In this document: piece after piece, positions 11,383 to 21,359 of the stretch
How positions within the stretch are numbered: position 1 is the first letter of the stretch
Layout of the letters: the number at the start of each line of letters is the position of its first letter
NCBI GenBank assembly: GCA_018649885.1
Contig: JABIHA010000104.1
Span: forward strand, 1 to 49,958
Direction of reading: 5' to 3'
DNA: 49,958 bases
From: Bacteriovoracaceae bacterium
GTDB lineage: Bacteria > Bdellovibrionota > Bacteriovoracia > Bacteriovoracales > Bacteriovoracaceae
Position numbers and translations under genes: made by a program
The notes under the pieces: generated by a model
What the model saw: the letters and a program-made list of their open reading frames with translations, nothing else
Told to the model about the DNA's origin: nothing
Database searches by the model: none

Positions 11383-11515
11383 TAGTATCTGTACAGGGAA
11401 CTCTTATATCTTCAACCAGGTCTTGAATATGAGCTGGAGGTGCAGGGGTGGAGAGCAAAATTGAGAGGTATTTTAGATTGGTACGCCAGTAGGCGCTTCT
11501 TTGCTGTGAATTCAT
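11372..11515 (-). pseudogene. Chimeric deletion remnant: DUF4212 N-terminus fused to sodium:solute symporter C-terminus
   Basis: MNSQQRSAYWRTNLKYLSILLS followed by TPAPPAHIQDLVEDIRVPCTDTIKV. Family assignments are from motif recognition only. Confidence 0.7.
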
Positions 11516-11575
11516 AGTGTTCCCAAAACTGATATTGAGGAGGTAATATGCCCCAGAGGAACTAACTCGAAAATC

Positions 11576-13891
11576 TTATTTCTTCACACATTTCTTTTCT
11601 TTTTTATTCCATTTCTTACCTTTAATACACTCAACGCATTCACCTTTTTTATTTAAACGTGGACGCTTGTTTGGGCATTTCTTAGGAATTTTTTTGTCTT
11701 CTTTTTTTGTAGATTTTGTTTTTTTAGATTTACTAGAGACCCTAGATTTTGTTTTGCTTTTAGAACTCTTCTTAGAAGTGGTTTTTTTAGCTGCTCTCGT
11801 TTTGCTTCTAGTGCTCTTTGACTTTTTACTAAGTCTTGCAGTTTTTGTTCTTGTGGAACTCTCCTGTGCTTCTTCCTCTTCTAAAGCGATCTCTTCATCT
11901 GTGCTTTGACTTTTTTCTTTCTTATTTAATTTGAGAGAATCTTTTACAGATAAGCACCCCTCTTTAGTAGGTACGCAAAGCTGATTTATCGCCCACCACC
12001 TGTAACTATCTGGGATTTGCTCAAAACCTTTGCCACTTGTATTTTCTGGAGGATTGCGAGCTCCTTGAAACTTGACGACTTCTTCTTTCATCCCCGCTTT
12101 ATGAGCAAGTTCATGAATTAAAATGCCTGCCTTTTTTTTGAGGTCTAATTTAAAAAAGTCAGGGCAAAAGGTTATATCTTTCGCACCCACCTCGGCAAGA
12201 TGACCACCACACTTTGCACCACTATTTTGGTAGCAAATTAACTCCTTTCCCTTACTTTTTAGTTTTGACAATATTTTAGCTGTTTTTCTACTGGCAGACT
12301 TAACTTGTTTTTTTATTCTGGAGGTATAATTAACATTTTTCACCTTGAAAAGCTGAGACTTCACCTTCTTAAGCAGCTCTCTTGCTTTTGAAAAACTTTT
12401 CACAATTTTGCTCTTCTGGCCCTTTGAACAAATATTAAATCTTATTTGCTTTTCTGGATCGCATGACATGAAACGAATAGTTTTCCAGTTCCTATCTTTA
12501 GGTGCACATGTTCTAACACCATCACTATCAAATTTCCATTTGGAGCATAGCTGTTCGCATTCATAGACAGTTCTTTTCTCATGATCCTTGCAGGCCCTTT
12601 TGATGCTATTAAAAGAAGCGGCCCTAGTGAGCTCTCCTCCGCATTTTCCATAAAAAAAGCTGTGTGACCTTGCCACTTCAACCCTAGCTTTATTTGTTCT
12701 CACTCTCTCAGTGACTTCCTTACATCCAAACTTCCCCCCCTTATTCGGAAGACAAAACTTATGTTTTGACCACCAGTCATAAGAATCCGCAATGCTCTCC
12801 CAATTATGGTTTTTATAATCTCTTGGATAATCACCTAGGTTTCCGAAGTATCTTTCCCCTCCAAAATTTATTATCCCAGTCATATGGGCAAATTCATGAA
12901 TCAGAGTTGAGGACCTAGTGTCAATGCTACCTGAGTTTCCGAAGTAGCTAGGACAAAATGCTATATTTTTGGCTCCTGCTTGTGCAGAATGACCACCACA
13001 TCGGCCCTTTACACTGTCATAGCAAACAAAATTTTTCGACTTTTGATTTAAAGAGTTTTTAATTTTTCGAACTTTTTTAAGTGCTTTTTTCACCCTATTT
13101 TTTAATTTTTTGGTCAATTTCCCTTCACTTAAGACTGTTTCGATATCACCTTCTAGTCTACCAATCTTCTTTTTCGCCTTGACGTACGCACTACTGATTT
13201 TCTCTGCCTCTTCAGGTGTACATCCTTCTAACTTTGCTCCACCTCCATTGGTGCACACCATTGCTTTGGCAATTTTCCAAACTGATTTTGTACAGACAGA
13301 ACCAATGACCCCGCCTCCTCGCTTAGCACAATCAGCTTTACACTCGTAGAGTGTCCGACCTGCATGGCCCTTACATGCCTTATCTAAATTGTTGGAATTC
13401 GTCGACTCAACTCGGTTTCCACCACATTTATCAAAAAAGATCGCGTGCTTGGGAGCATTTAAATTTCTTTGTTGGCAATACATGCGACCTTTCACTTTAC
13501 CATTGTCACATTGGTAAAGGGTTTTCTGGTTCCACCTGCCACTGGCACAGGCGTCGTCAAGTTTTTGATAGCCGGTATTCTGGTTTTCATCACCACATGA
13601 GCCTACGTATACAGACTTCTTGCTACAAGTTCTGCTCTCTATAACTTTCCAAGTAAATTTTCCACTCTTAGAGCAAGTTAGTGCTAATTTACTATTACAT
13701 TTTTTCTTGCACTCAACTAATTTTTTTCCAGCGAATTTCGGTTCCTTACAAGCATTTCCAATTGAAGTTTTACCAGTATCATCGCCATTGCATTTACCAA
13801 TAAAAACATGGTGGACATCTAATACCGCTGAAAAAGCTGGCATCATATTAAAGACCATTACAACTAAGCCTATTCCCAATAACCTGATCAT
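11576..13891 (-). CDS. Secreted tandem M35 (deuterolysin/aspzincin)-like metallopeptidase with Cys-rich repeats and Lys/Ser-rich tail
   Basis: Two copies of IxFCPxF/YF...LIHE(F/L)AH...DSYxWW (HEFAH 12884-12898, HELAH 12101-12115); GGAG RBS and signal peptide. Confidence 0.8.
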   Translation of the reverse strand: MIRLLGIGLVVMVFNMMPAFSAVLDVHHVFIGKCNGDDTGKTSIGNACKEPKFAGKKLVECKKKCNSKLALTCSKSGKFTWKVIESRTCSKKSVYVGSCGDENQNTGYQKLDDACASGRWNQKTLYQCDNGKVKGRMYCQQRNLNAPKHAIFFDKCGGNRVESTNSNNLDKACKGHAGRTLYECKADCAKRGGGVIGSVCTKSVWKIAKAMVCTNGGGAKLEGCTPEEAEKISSAYVKAKKKIGRLEGDIETVLSEGKLTKKLKNRVKKALKKVRKIKNSLNQKSKNFVCYDSVKGRCGGHSAQAGAKNIAFCPSYFGNSGSIDTRSSTLIHEFAHMTGIINFGGERYFGNLGDYPRDYKNHNWESIADSYDWWSKHKFCLPNKGGKFGCKEVTERVRTNKARVEVARSHSFFYGKCGGELTRAASFNSIKRACKDHEKRTVYECEQLCSKWKFDSDGVRTCAPKDRNWKTIRFMSCDPEKQIRFNICSKGQKSKIVKSFSKARELLKKVKSQLFKVKNVNYTSRIKKQVKSASRKTAKILSKLKSKGKELICYQNSGAKCGGHLAEVGAKDITFCPDFFKLDLKKKAGILIHELAHKAGMKEEVVKFQGARNPPENTSGKGFEQIPDSYRWWAINQLCVPTKEGCLSVKDSLKLNKKEKSQSTDEEIALEEEEAQESSTRTKTARLSKKSKSTRSKTRAAKKTTSKKSSKSKTKSRVSSKSKKTKSTKKEDKKIPKKCPNKRPRLNKKGECVECIKGKKWNKKEKKCVKK

Positions 13892-14140
13892 GAATTCTCC
13901 CTAGTAATCAATTCATTGTACCAGCATAAATGTACTTTCTTATGAACAGCAAATAACACCCATATTTGGGTATTTAGCCCGCCATATGTTGATCAATAAA
14001 TTTTATTTAAAAACTGCCTTGAAAAAGACACAGTTCTCGAGGTTATCGTCTAAAAGAAGTGTCCAAAACCCTTGAAGTTTGGTTAGGCCCACGCCCACTG
14101 TAGAATATCAATCAGGTAATAAGCACAAGCTGGTGATAAT

Positions 14141-15913
14141 ATGAAAATGTTGAAATCAAATTTCAATGTGATTAAAGCGACTTTTATTAAGTGGTTGTGC
14201 CTATGTCTGATCCTGGCCTTGACACTCATTACGACTTCATGCAATCAGGCAAGTCTTACGATCCCTGAAGAAGATGACAATGCTAGTGGAGCTGCCGCCG
14301 CCCCAGTCTCTTTGCTCAGTCTGACTCATGACCTAGATACATCTAGTGAGCAAAATATTTGCACTGCCGTGAATCTTACGATTAATGGCAATACCGATAA
14401 TAGGACATTTTCTTTTACAGGCCTTGGTGCAACGGTTATTTATTCAGATAATATTTGTACTATTCCTGACCCAAATCCCACCATGACCAATATTCAAACA
14501 AATATTACAGTATATGTGAAGAATGCTACATTAGAGCTGATCATGGGAAGTGTTACAGACGGAAGCATTAGCGCTATTTTCACCACTGAGTTTAAGGCCT
14601 TTAGTATTCAACCCGCAACCATAGCTTACGAGAAGAATTTACTTGATGGAGATCAATATTATATTGCAAATATTTCTGTGAGGAGATCGACCACTAATAA
14701 TATTTTAATGACATTTTTCGAACATAAATTTGGCTGTAACACTACCGGAATGTATGGGAAGGTTCGTTCAATGGCCTTCAACGGGGCTATTTGGGATGCA
14801 GCCCCGACTACTTTGAGACAAACCTTTGGTGGTCTTGGTTCAGGATGCTTTAGTGGAACTGTTGATATAGCGCCTTTTATAAATGGTGATATTACAAATG
14901 CAGTATATAGAGCAAATGACTATGATCTGCATTTTGGTGAGTACGACTTTGCCGCCGGAATGTGGCCACAAAGTCAATCTATTGAAGTAATTCAAAATAG
15001 TTCTGGAGGTTATTCTAAAATTCACAACACCTCTCCCTCTGACCTTTTTATTGATATCGCCAAAAATGGTGTAACACAAAATTTCACAGAGAGAATTGCC
15101 AATGTTTGGGATGGAGCTCCTACAACGTTAACGATGAGTGCTGCTGCCAATATTAGAGAAACCTTTTCGGACACTGACGGCAATGGAAACACCATTGTTG
15201 TCAACGGCCTGACTAATGCAACCTTTGATGTATGGCACTGTAGTGCTGGCGCTGGTTGCATAGGACCTACAATCCTAAACCCTGTATCAGCATTAATATC
15301 GGACCGCTTAGATGTGACCTACTCAAAAAATGGTCATGCCATGTTTGTCTTTCATGGTAATATTGGGGGAATTAATGCTCCCTATGCCTATCACTACGAT
15401 GGAGATACCTGGACTGGTCCTACTCAGTGGGGTGATGTTCAAGGCTGGGGAATCAACAACTTTAATGTGGAATCAGATGATGATGGAAATTTTATTGCCA
15501 CTTATACCGAGACTTGGTGTACAGGGATGTTTTCAGCCCCTTGCCAAAAATGGAACAAGTATGAAAAAGGTGTTGGTTTTGGAGCAGTCGCCTCTATGTT
15601 TCAAGAGTGGTACTCAGGAGTTTCAATACTTCGTATGAGCGCCGAAGGCCACGCTGTTTTTGTTTATGGATTAGATGCTGATACCATTAAATATGTACGC
15701 TATATTGCAGGTGCGGGCTGGCAACCCGCTGCCATTGCCTTCGATAATACCACCTTTCCTGCAGGTGGTACCAACGCTGTTAGCGCTACTGCCTATCTTG
15801 ATGTCGAGTATATGAATGGTCCAACTGGACGAGAATTCTATATGGCCTTCCCTATGAACTACACAGGAGGTGGCATGTTCGCCTACAGGCTCTACTACGT
15901 CACTTTCGAATAA
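14141..15913 (+). CDS. Lipoprotein with probable Ig-like domain and C-terminal beta-propeller-like region
   Basis: Lipobox-like LITTSC; repeated DxxGN/GHA-(M/V)FV strands and ...GW motifs. Confidence 0.7.
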   Translation: MKMLKSNFNVIKATFIKWLCLCLILALTLITTSCNQASLTIPEEDDNASGAAAAPVSLLSLTHDLDTSSEQNICTAVNLTINGNTDNRTFSFTGLGATVIYSDNICTIPDPNPTMTNIQTNITVYVKNATLELIMGSVTDGSISAIFTTEFKAFSIQPATIAYEKNLLDGDQYYIANISVRRSTTNNILMTFFEHKFGCNTTGMYGKVRSMAFNGAIWDAAPTTLRQTFGGLGSGCFSGTVDIAPFINGDITNAVYRANDYDLHFGEYDFAAGMWPQSQSIEVIQNSSGGYSKIHNTSPSDLFIDIAKNGVTQNFTERIANVWDGAPTTLTMSAAANIRETFSDTDGNGNTIVVNGLTNATFDVWHCSAGAGCIGPTILNPVSALISDRLDVTYSKNGHAMFVFHGNIGGINAPYAYHYDGDTWTGPTQWGDVQGWGINNFNVESDDDGNFIATYTETWCTGMFSAPCQKWNKYEKGVGFGAVASMFQEWYSGVSILRMSAEGHAVFVYGLDADTIKYVRYIAGAGWQPAAIAFDNTTFPAGGTNAVSATAYLDVEYMNGPTGREFYMAFPMNYTGGGMFAYRLYYVTFE

Positions 15914-15938
15914 GTCGGACTGAATCAGTCGAATAATC

Positions 15939-17231
15939 ATGGTTTTTTATAGAGTTACCGAAAAGAGGCTCATGAGAGGAGCCTTTGTTTTTTCCATTTT
16001 TATTATGGCGTCAGCTTTTTCACAAAGCCTAGAAAAGTCATATCTCCTTAACAAGTCACCTTTTAGAGTTTTAGATATTAATCGCGATGGTAGGGTTGAT
16101 GGAAAATGGTCGGACTCCGGGAATTCTCGTTTTTTCTATTTTGATACTGACTATAATGGCAGCTTTGATGAACAATTGCACTTTAGAGATGGCATGTTGA
16201 TTGAAAGAATTGGCCAGAAATATCAAATTAAATCCCATTACCTTTACCCAAGTCCTGGTGTAAAAAACCAAATCGACTATCAACTCGGATCTGGGAATGT
16301 AGTTCGAAAATTGGAAATTGATAGTGAAAGATCTAGTGTCAAAGTAGAAATTCACAAAGGTGGAAAACTACTGCAATCTAGAGTAGAAGATAGAGAAATT
16401 TCTCTTGGACCACTTCTATCAAGGCTTTTTAGAAAAAAAAAACAGCCTCGTCCAGTCCCCTACCCAGATATGTATACAGCGTGCTTAAAGAAAAAAAATT
16501 CTCTTCAATGTATGGCGGTTATCGGTGATAGACCAAAGACGATAGAAAATATTTTTTCAGAAATTTATGGAGAGGATGCTGGTAATGACTGTCAGGATGA
16601 AAACTATTATTACAACGGATGGGGGATTGCCGTTGATAAATCATGCTTTTCATATGACGTCATGGAAATTGAGAGAAATATTAGAGAAGGAATTAATTCT
16701 CTTGTACAATGTTTTGCTCCAGATGAAAACAATGGTGAGTTACAATTTCCTCAGCCTCTTTTACATCAAGTGCTGGAGCAAAATTATATTGAAATTATTA
16801 ACCAGGGTGGACTCGTTTTAAGCTGTCCTGAAAATTTTAAAGGAAAAGATCGGCCCTGCAGTGAATCAGGAGCAGTCGCTTCTTACGTCCAAGGTTCTCA
16901 TCCAACTGAAATAGCATTAAAGCGACTTGTGGCCATGCCAGAGTGTTTACAAGGGCCTAAAGAGCACGCCTTTAAAAGTACTCCAGCACACGAGTTTATG
17001 CACATTACACATGCCTTGGGTTTTGATCGCAAAATAGATAACCTGGAGATAGCTCCACATAATAGTGGTCCTTCTATTGAGGAAGATCGTATTTACTCTT
17101 GTCAGTTTCTTTGCTTTGCTAGGCATCGGCCAGGTTTTAACAAAAAAGTCTGTGAAATGTGCTTGAGCTATCATCAAGATGAGATTGTGGGAGGTGTGCC
17201 CTCGCTAGACAAATGTAAGGCCTACAAATAA
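15939..17231 (+). CDS. Secreted Cys-rich protein with DxNxDG Ca-binding-like loops and HExxH motif
   Basis: Signal-like MRGAFVFSIFIMASAFS (alternative start 15972); DINRDGRVD and DTDYNGSFDE; PAHEFMH at about 16983-17003; DRIYSCQFLC. Confidence 0.7.
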   Translation: MVFYRVTEKRLMRGAFVFSIFIMASAFSQSLEKSYLLNKSPFRVLDINRDGRVDGKWSDSGNSRFFYFDTDYNGSFDEQLHFRDGMLIERIGQKYQIKSHYLYPSPGVKNQIDYQLGSGNVVRKLEIDSERSSVKVEIHKGGKLLQSRVEDREISLGPLLSRLFRKKKQPRPVPYPDMYTACLKKKNSLQCMAVIGDRPKTIENIFSEIYGEDAGNDCQDENYYYNGWGIAVDKSCFSYDVMEIERNIREGINSLVQCFAPDENNGELQFPQPLLHQVLEQNYIEIINQGGLVLSCPENFKGKDRPCSESGAVASYVQGSHPTEIALKRLVAMPECLQGPKEHAFKSTPAHEFMHITHALGFDRKIDNLEIAPHNSGPSIEEDRIYSCQFLCFARHRPGFNKKVCEMCLSYHQDEIVGGVPSLDKCKAYK

Positions 17232-17268
17232 TCCAAGACTAGGGAAAGCATCAGCTTTGGAGTTTATG

Positions 17269-17916
17269 ATGAGTAAAAAAGAATGTAGTAGCTGCGGTAG
17301 TATTGCTCAAAGAGCGGATGTTGACAAAAGTAATCAGGCCCAAGTGTCTGCCCTTTCATATATTGGCAATGGAAATGTTCCAGGCTCAGAAATCAAAAAA
17401 TGTAGTACTTGCAATAATTACTTTCATTACTACTATGCTGAGGGATTTGAATATGGTGACTTTGGAGGAATTGGTGAAGATGAGGACGAGGAAAGCATTA
17501 GCAGATTAACTCCTGATCAAGCATTTGAGTTAATGATGTCTACCCCAGAGCTCTACACAAACCAAGTACTTCAAAAAGAATTTGAGGTACTTTGTGAACA
17601 CAAAAGAAAAACTAGAATCTTTGATATAAACTCATTAGGTGATGAATTAAAAAATAGTGATGACCTACCAACTCGCTCAAAAGCGGCTTGCACTATTGGC
17701 CTAATGGCACCTAAATTGTCTGAATTAATTCCCTTGTTACTAGATTGCTATAAAAATGAAGAAGTACCACATATTAAATTTTTTATGGCCTGGGCGCTCT
17801 CAAGAATGGATAGTGAGCTCGACAGTTACCGAAGCGATATAGAAAAATTTTGTAATGAAAATGATATTTCTGATGGTAAAAGATTCTTTGAGCATATTTT
17901 GTCAAAATTCAATTAA
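17269..17916 (+). CDS. Hypothetical protein with two CxxC motifs and C-terminal HEAT-like repeats
   Basis: CSSC and CSTC; RSKAACTIG...LIPLLL...MAWALSRM HEAT-like pattern; GGAG RBS favours ATG 17269. Confidence 0.65.
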   Translation: MSKKECSSCGSIAQRADVDKSNQAQVSALSYIGNGNVPGSEIKKCSTCNNYFHYYYAEGFEYGDFGGIGEDEDEESISRLTPDQAFELMMSTPELYTNQVLQKEFEVLCEHKRKTRIFDINSLGDELKNSDDLPTRSKAACTIGLMAPKLSELIPLLLDCYKNEEVPHIKFFMAWALSRMDSELDSYRSDIEKFCNENDISDGKRFFEHILSKFN

Positions 17917-18176
17917 TTACTACTGCGATTTTCTTTAGATAACTTGATAAAAGTGCTGATATCACCAAGACAACATTTCCCACTTGGATTGGCAGATTCA
18001 CAAAAACAGCCTGGCTTAGTCATTTTAGATTTTATATCGTCGACGATGACTTTTTCACTTCCATTTTTCACTGCCTCATATAACTCCATTTTAGAATGAT
18101 TAAAGCAATAGCAAATAAGTCCTTCTAGGTTTATTTCTTGAATATTAGATTTTTGCTTATCATCACAACACTTCAT
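17913..18176 (-). CDS. BFD-like/CopZ-type 2Fe-2S metallochaperone domain protein
   Basis: ICYCF...CFCESANPSGKCCL motif. Confidence 0.8.
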   Translation of the reverse strand: MKCCDDKQKSNIQEINLEGLICYCFNHSKMELYEAVKNGSEKVIVDDIKSKMTKPGCFCESANPSGKCCLGDISTFIKLSKENRSSN

Positions 18177-18198
18177 GACTTCTCCATATAAAACTTAA

Positions 18199-19428
18199 CT
18201 ATGCAGCTAGCTTTTTCCTTTTTCGACTTATCCTCTCTGAAATTTTGAGAGATGGGCCAATGGCCACAAGTAAAAATAGTCCCCCTAAGCAAAAGAGCCC
18301 AGTTCTGTAGTCGTAGTGGTCCGCAATCAGCCCCACAACAGTAGAGCAGATGGCAATCATAACTCCACTACAAAAAGATTTAATGGAGTTTAGGGTTGCT
18401 CGGTGATGGGATTCAATATGATGATTTAAATAATGATTCATCAGTGGCATAAAAAGCCCTGCTTGCATCTGCATAATTAAGTGAGGAATAAGAAACAATG
18501 GAAAAATCACTAAAACACTAGGCGTGAAAAGTGCAGTGATCGTCATAAAGATTAGTAAATAAATTGTTCTTTTCTCTCCCAGCATTCGGTCCAGGATATA
18601 GGCCTTTTGTGAGCAAAATGCAGCGATAACCGTAAAGCAGGCATAGAAGTAACCAAAGTTTTTGGCCTCAATCCCAGAGTCTGTTAGCATCTTTTGAATG
18701 TATTGAAAAAATACCATGGAGCTCACTGCAAACATGACAGAAAATATGAGCAGATATTTGATGGTTCGATGTCTTAGCAGATAGTTTTTTCCATTTCTTA
18801 TATACTTAAAATATTCTTTAAAAGAAGTAATGTGATGTATTTCTCCTTTTGCGCTTTTATCAAGTGGAGGCTGTTTGACTGTCAGTAAAATAAAAATCGA
18901 AATATATGTTAAGACTCCTGAGAAAAGAAAAGTAGACCTTATGTCGTATGCTAAAAAGAGAGGACAAAGAAGCCCTCCTCCTGCTAGCCCGTAATAAAAA
19001 CATGCCCATTTTCTTCCAAGGTATTTAGACGATAGATATTTCTTCCCCGACTGACCAAGAGATTCGATAATTAGAGTTGTATCACTTCCCGAATAAAATG
19101 CCTTACCTGCTCCCCAGAGGATAAAAACTAATGACATGGAAGAGTAACTACTTATATTAGCAATTAAAATAAGTGTCGTTCCTAGAAATAAACTTGAAAG
19201 AACAAGAGACCACTTAGCACCAAAACGATCTGCAAAACTGCCAGCGGGAATTTCTAGAAATAATACTGATAAACTTTGAATCGAAAAAAGCATCCCAATT
19301 TGTGTGTAGGAAAAACCTAGATCCATGAAAAAAACAAAGAGTATGGGCAAGAAAGGTCGAAGCCCAGTCATAAATGAATGAAGACAAATCTTGTTAATAT
19401 TACTTCTAAAACTATGCGCTTCATCCAT
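18199..19428 (-). CDS. MFS transporter
   Basis: About 12 hydrophobic segments; motif A LEIPAGSFADRFGAK; SGSD; HRATLNS. Confidence 0.9.
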   Translation of the reverse strand: MDEAHSFRSNINKICLHSFMTGLRPFLPILFVFFMDLGFSYTQIGMLFSIQSLSVLFLEIPAGSFADRFGAKWSLVLSSLFLGTTLILIANISSYSSMSLVFILWGAGKAFYSGSDTTLIIESLGQSGKKYLSSKYLGRKWACFYYGLAGGGLLCPLFLAYDIRSTFLFSGVLTYISIFILLTVKQPPLDKSAKGEIHHITSFKEYFKYIRNGKNYLLRHRTIKYLLIFSVMFAVSSMVFFQYIQKMLTDSGIEAKNFGYFYACFTVIAAFCSQKAYILDRMLGEKRTIYLLIFMTITALFTPSVLVIFPLFLIPHLIMQMQAGLFMPLMNHYLNHHIESHHRATLNSIKSFCSGVMIAICSTVVGLIADHYDYRTGLFCLGGLFLLVAIGPSLKISERISRKRKKLAA

Positions 19429-19640
19429 TGCAAAAAGATAGCTTGGGGGGAGTCGAAAGTCATCTTTATCAGCTCTGAAAGTGCTCGCAAAGCAGCAAGT
19501 TTTGTAAAAATTTTGTATCTAAAGATGGACCAATTCGATTCTATTTCAAACACTTTTCAAGACTTATGGAAGTTTTTATAGATTCTCCCAAAGCGACCCA
19601 AATCACTGGTATATTTCCTTTTATTCGTATGGAGGTACAA

Positions 19641-20195
19641 ATGAAGGCAATTGCTACGATACTATACTTTATCCTAGTGGGAAGTTCTTGGGCGGAAAGT
19701 GATAATATCTCAAAATGGAGAACTGAAAATTGCAAATTAGAAAGGAAAAGAGTTTATTCAAACCAGGGTTGGGATTTCCGAGCTGCTGGAGGAATGCTCA
19801 TTGGACCGGGAGTTTTTACCACTGTTTTCATAGTGCCTGGTTATGGAGTTGCAACTTTTGAAGCAGAAGCTCCTTTTATAGATTTTAGTCGATCAACAGA
19901 TAAGATAATTGCAGGTACCATCGTAAGCTCCGCCGTTCTTACTGCCGGAGCCTTTGGTGTCTCTGAATTGATGAAAAAATCTGCCACTAGAGGTCTACTA
20001 TTTTTAGAGACCTTGAGTTTCAGTCTTGAGTCCCAAAGAAATTTTTGGCCTAGAGGATTTAGAAGTCTGTACAAAAGATATGGCGAAGGCCTTAGAGAGA
20101 GAGGATTTGCACAGAAAATTTTGATTCAAAACCAAAATACCTGTGTTCCATTTTACCGAGAAATTGTTAAAAAAATCAAAGCGAAGAAACAGTAG
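19641..20195 (+). CDS. Exported hypothetical protein with two Gly-rich hydrophobic segments
   Basis: GGAGG RBS before ATG 19641; signal peptide MKAIATILYFILVGSSWA. Confidence 0.7.
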   Translation: MKAIATILYFILVGSSWAESDNISKWRTENCKLERKRVYSNQGWDFRAAGGMLIGPGVFTTVFIVPGYGVATFEAEAPFIDFSRSTDKIIAGTIVSSAVLTAGAFGVSELMKKSATRGLLFLETLSFSLESQRNFWPRGFRSLYKRYGEGLRERGFAQKILIQNQNTCVPFYREIVKKIKAKKQ

Positions 20196-20290
20196 CATAA
20201 TAGCACAACATTGCTGACTCATATCATATATCTACCCCATAGAGGGTGATATTTCCTAATAGAGAGTTCTTTAACCGTTAGGAGTCAGAG

Positions 20291-20761
20291 GTGAAGATTT
20301 TTATTACTATTATAATGAGTCTTTTAACAATTAACACATTTGCCAAGCAAATCGACTGTACAACGAAAATTACTAAAGGAAGAATTGGTGGTTCGATGAA
20401 AACTACCTACTGTGGCCATGCAGGTGTCAATGCCGTAAATAATGGCATCAAATATAGACGTCAGGCCCAATTCTGCGGCAGTATTAAGGTTGAATTTTTT
20501 AGTATCAAAGCAACTGATGCAAGTAAATTCACCCATTACTGTGACAAGATTTTTACAGATAGTTGCTATATGATTGGTATTAGAGATTTGGCGAGCAGAG
20601 AAGGCATGGCCAATTTATCGAGTTACGCTGTTTTTTCCAGCATAGCTAATATTCCGACCGTGTTTAATATAAGTGCTTCCGGTGTAGGCCACAATCGCAA
20701 AGTGATCCCAAAGCCTGGAATAGCGGTTTATGTGGATTTAAGTTGTAGGGTGAAACCCTAG
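20291..20761 (+). CDS. Secreted Cys-containing hypothetical protein
   Basis: AGGAG RBS, GTG, signal peptide MKIFITIIMSLLTINTFA. Confidence 0.75.
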   Translation: MKIFITIIMSLLTINTFAKQIDCTTKITKGRIGGSMKTTYCGHAGVNAVNNGIKYRRQAQFCGSIKVEFFSIKATDASKFTHYCDKIFTDSCYMIGIRDLASREGMANLSSYAVFSSIANIPTVFNISASGVGHNRKVIPKPGIAVYVDLSCRVKP

Positions 20762-20762
20762 A

Positions 20763-21341
20763 TTATTTTTGGCAAGTTTTCTTATATCTAAAACAGCTTA
20801 TTAAGTGGTCGTTGACCATGCCACTTGCCTGCATGTGAGCGTAGATAATGGTAGAGCCAACAAACTTAAAGCCTCTTTTTTTTAGGTCTTTGCTGAATGC
20901 ATCTGACTCTTTTGTGGTGGCGGGGTAATCACTCATTTTTTTTCTCTTGTTTACCTTTTGCTTGCCCCCAACAAATTGCATGCTGTACTCATAGAAGCTG
21001 CCGAACTCTTTTTGAATTTCAATAAATAATTTTGCGTTTTGGACAGCTGATCGCACTTTGAGTCTATTTCTAATAATGCCTGGATCTAGTAATAGTTTTT
21101 CAATTTTCTTTTCTGAGAATCTGGCCACTTTCTTCACATCAAAGTTAGCAAATGCCTTCCGGTAGCCTTCTCTTCTTTTTAGAATGGTCAACCAGCTGAG
21201 TCCTGCTTGAGCTCCTTCTAGGATTAAAAATTCAAATAATTTTTGATCATCCGTTACATGGACTCCCCACTCTTCATCATGGTATTTAAGCATATCTGGG
21301 TCACTACTTCCCCATGCACATCTTATCTTTTCTTTGGCCAT
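20763..21341 (-). CDS. tag: DNA-3-methyladenine glycosylase I
   Basis: RCAW, YHDEEWG, LEGAQAGLSW, IIRNRLK, FKFVGST, NDH..C. Confidence 0.96.
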   Translation of the reverse strand: MAKEKIRCAWGSSDPDMLKYHDEEWGVHVTDDQKLFEFLILEGAQAGLSWLTILKRREGYRKAFANFDVKKVARFSEKKIEKLLLDPGIIRNRLKVRSAVQNAKLFIEIQKEFGSFYEYSMQFVGGKQKVNKRKKMSDYPATTKESDAFSKDLKKRGFKFVGSTIIYAHMQASGMVNDHLISCFRYKKTCQK

Positions 21342-21359
21342 TTTTTATTTCCTTAATCT

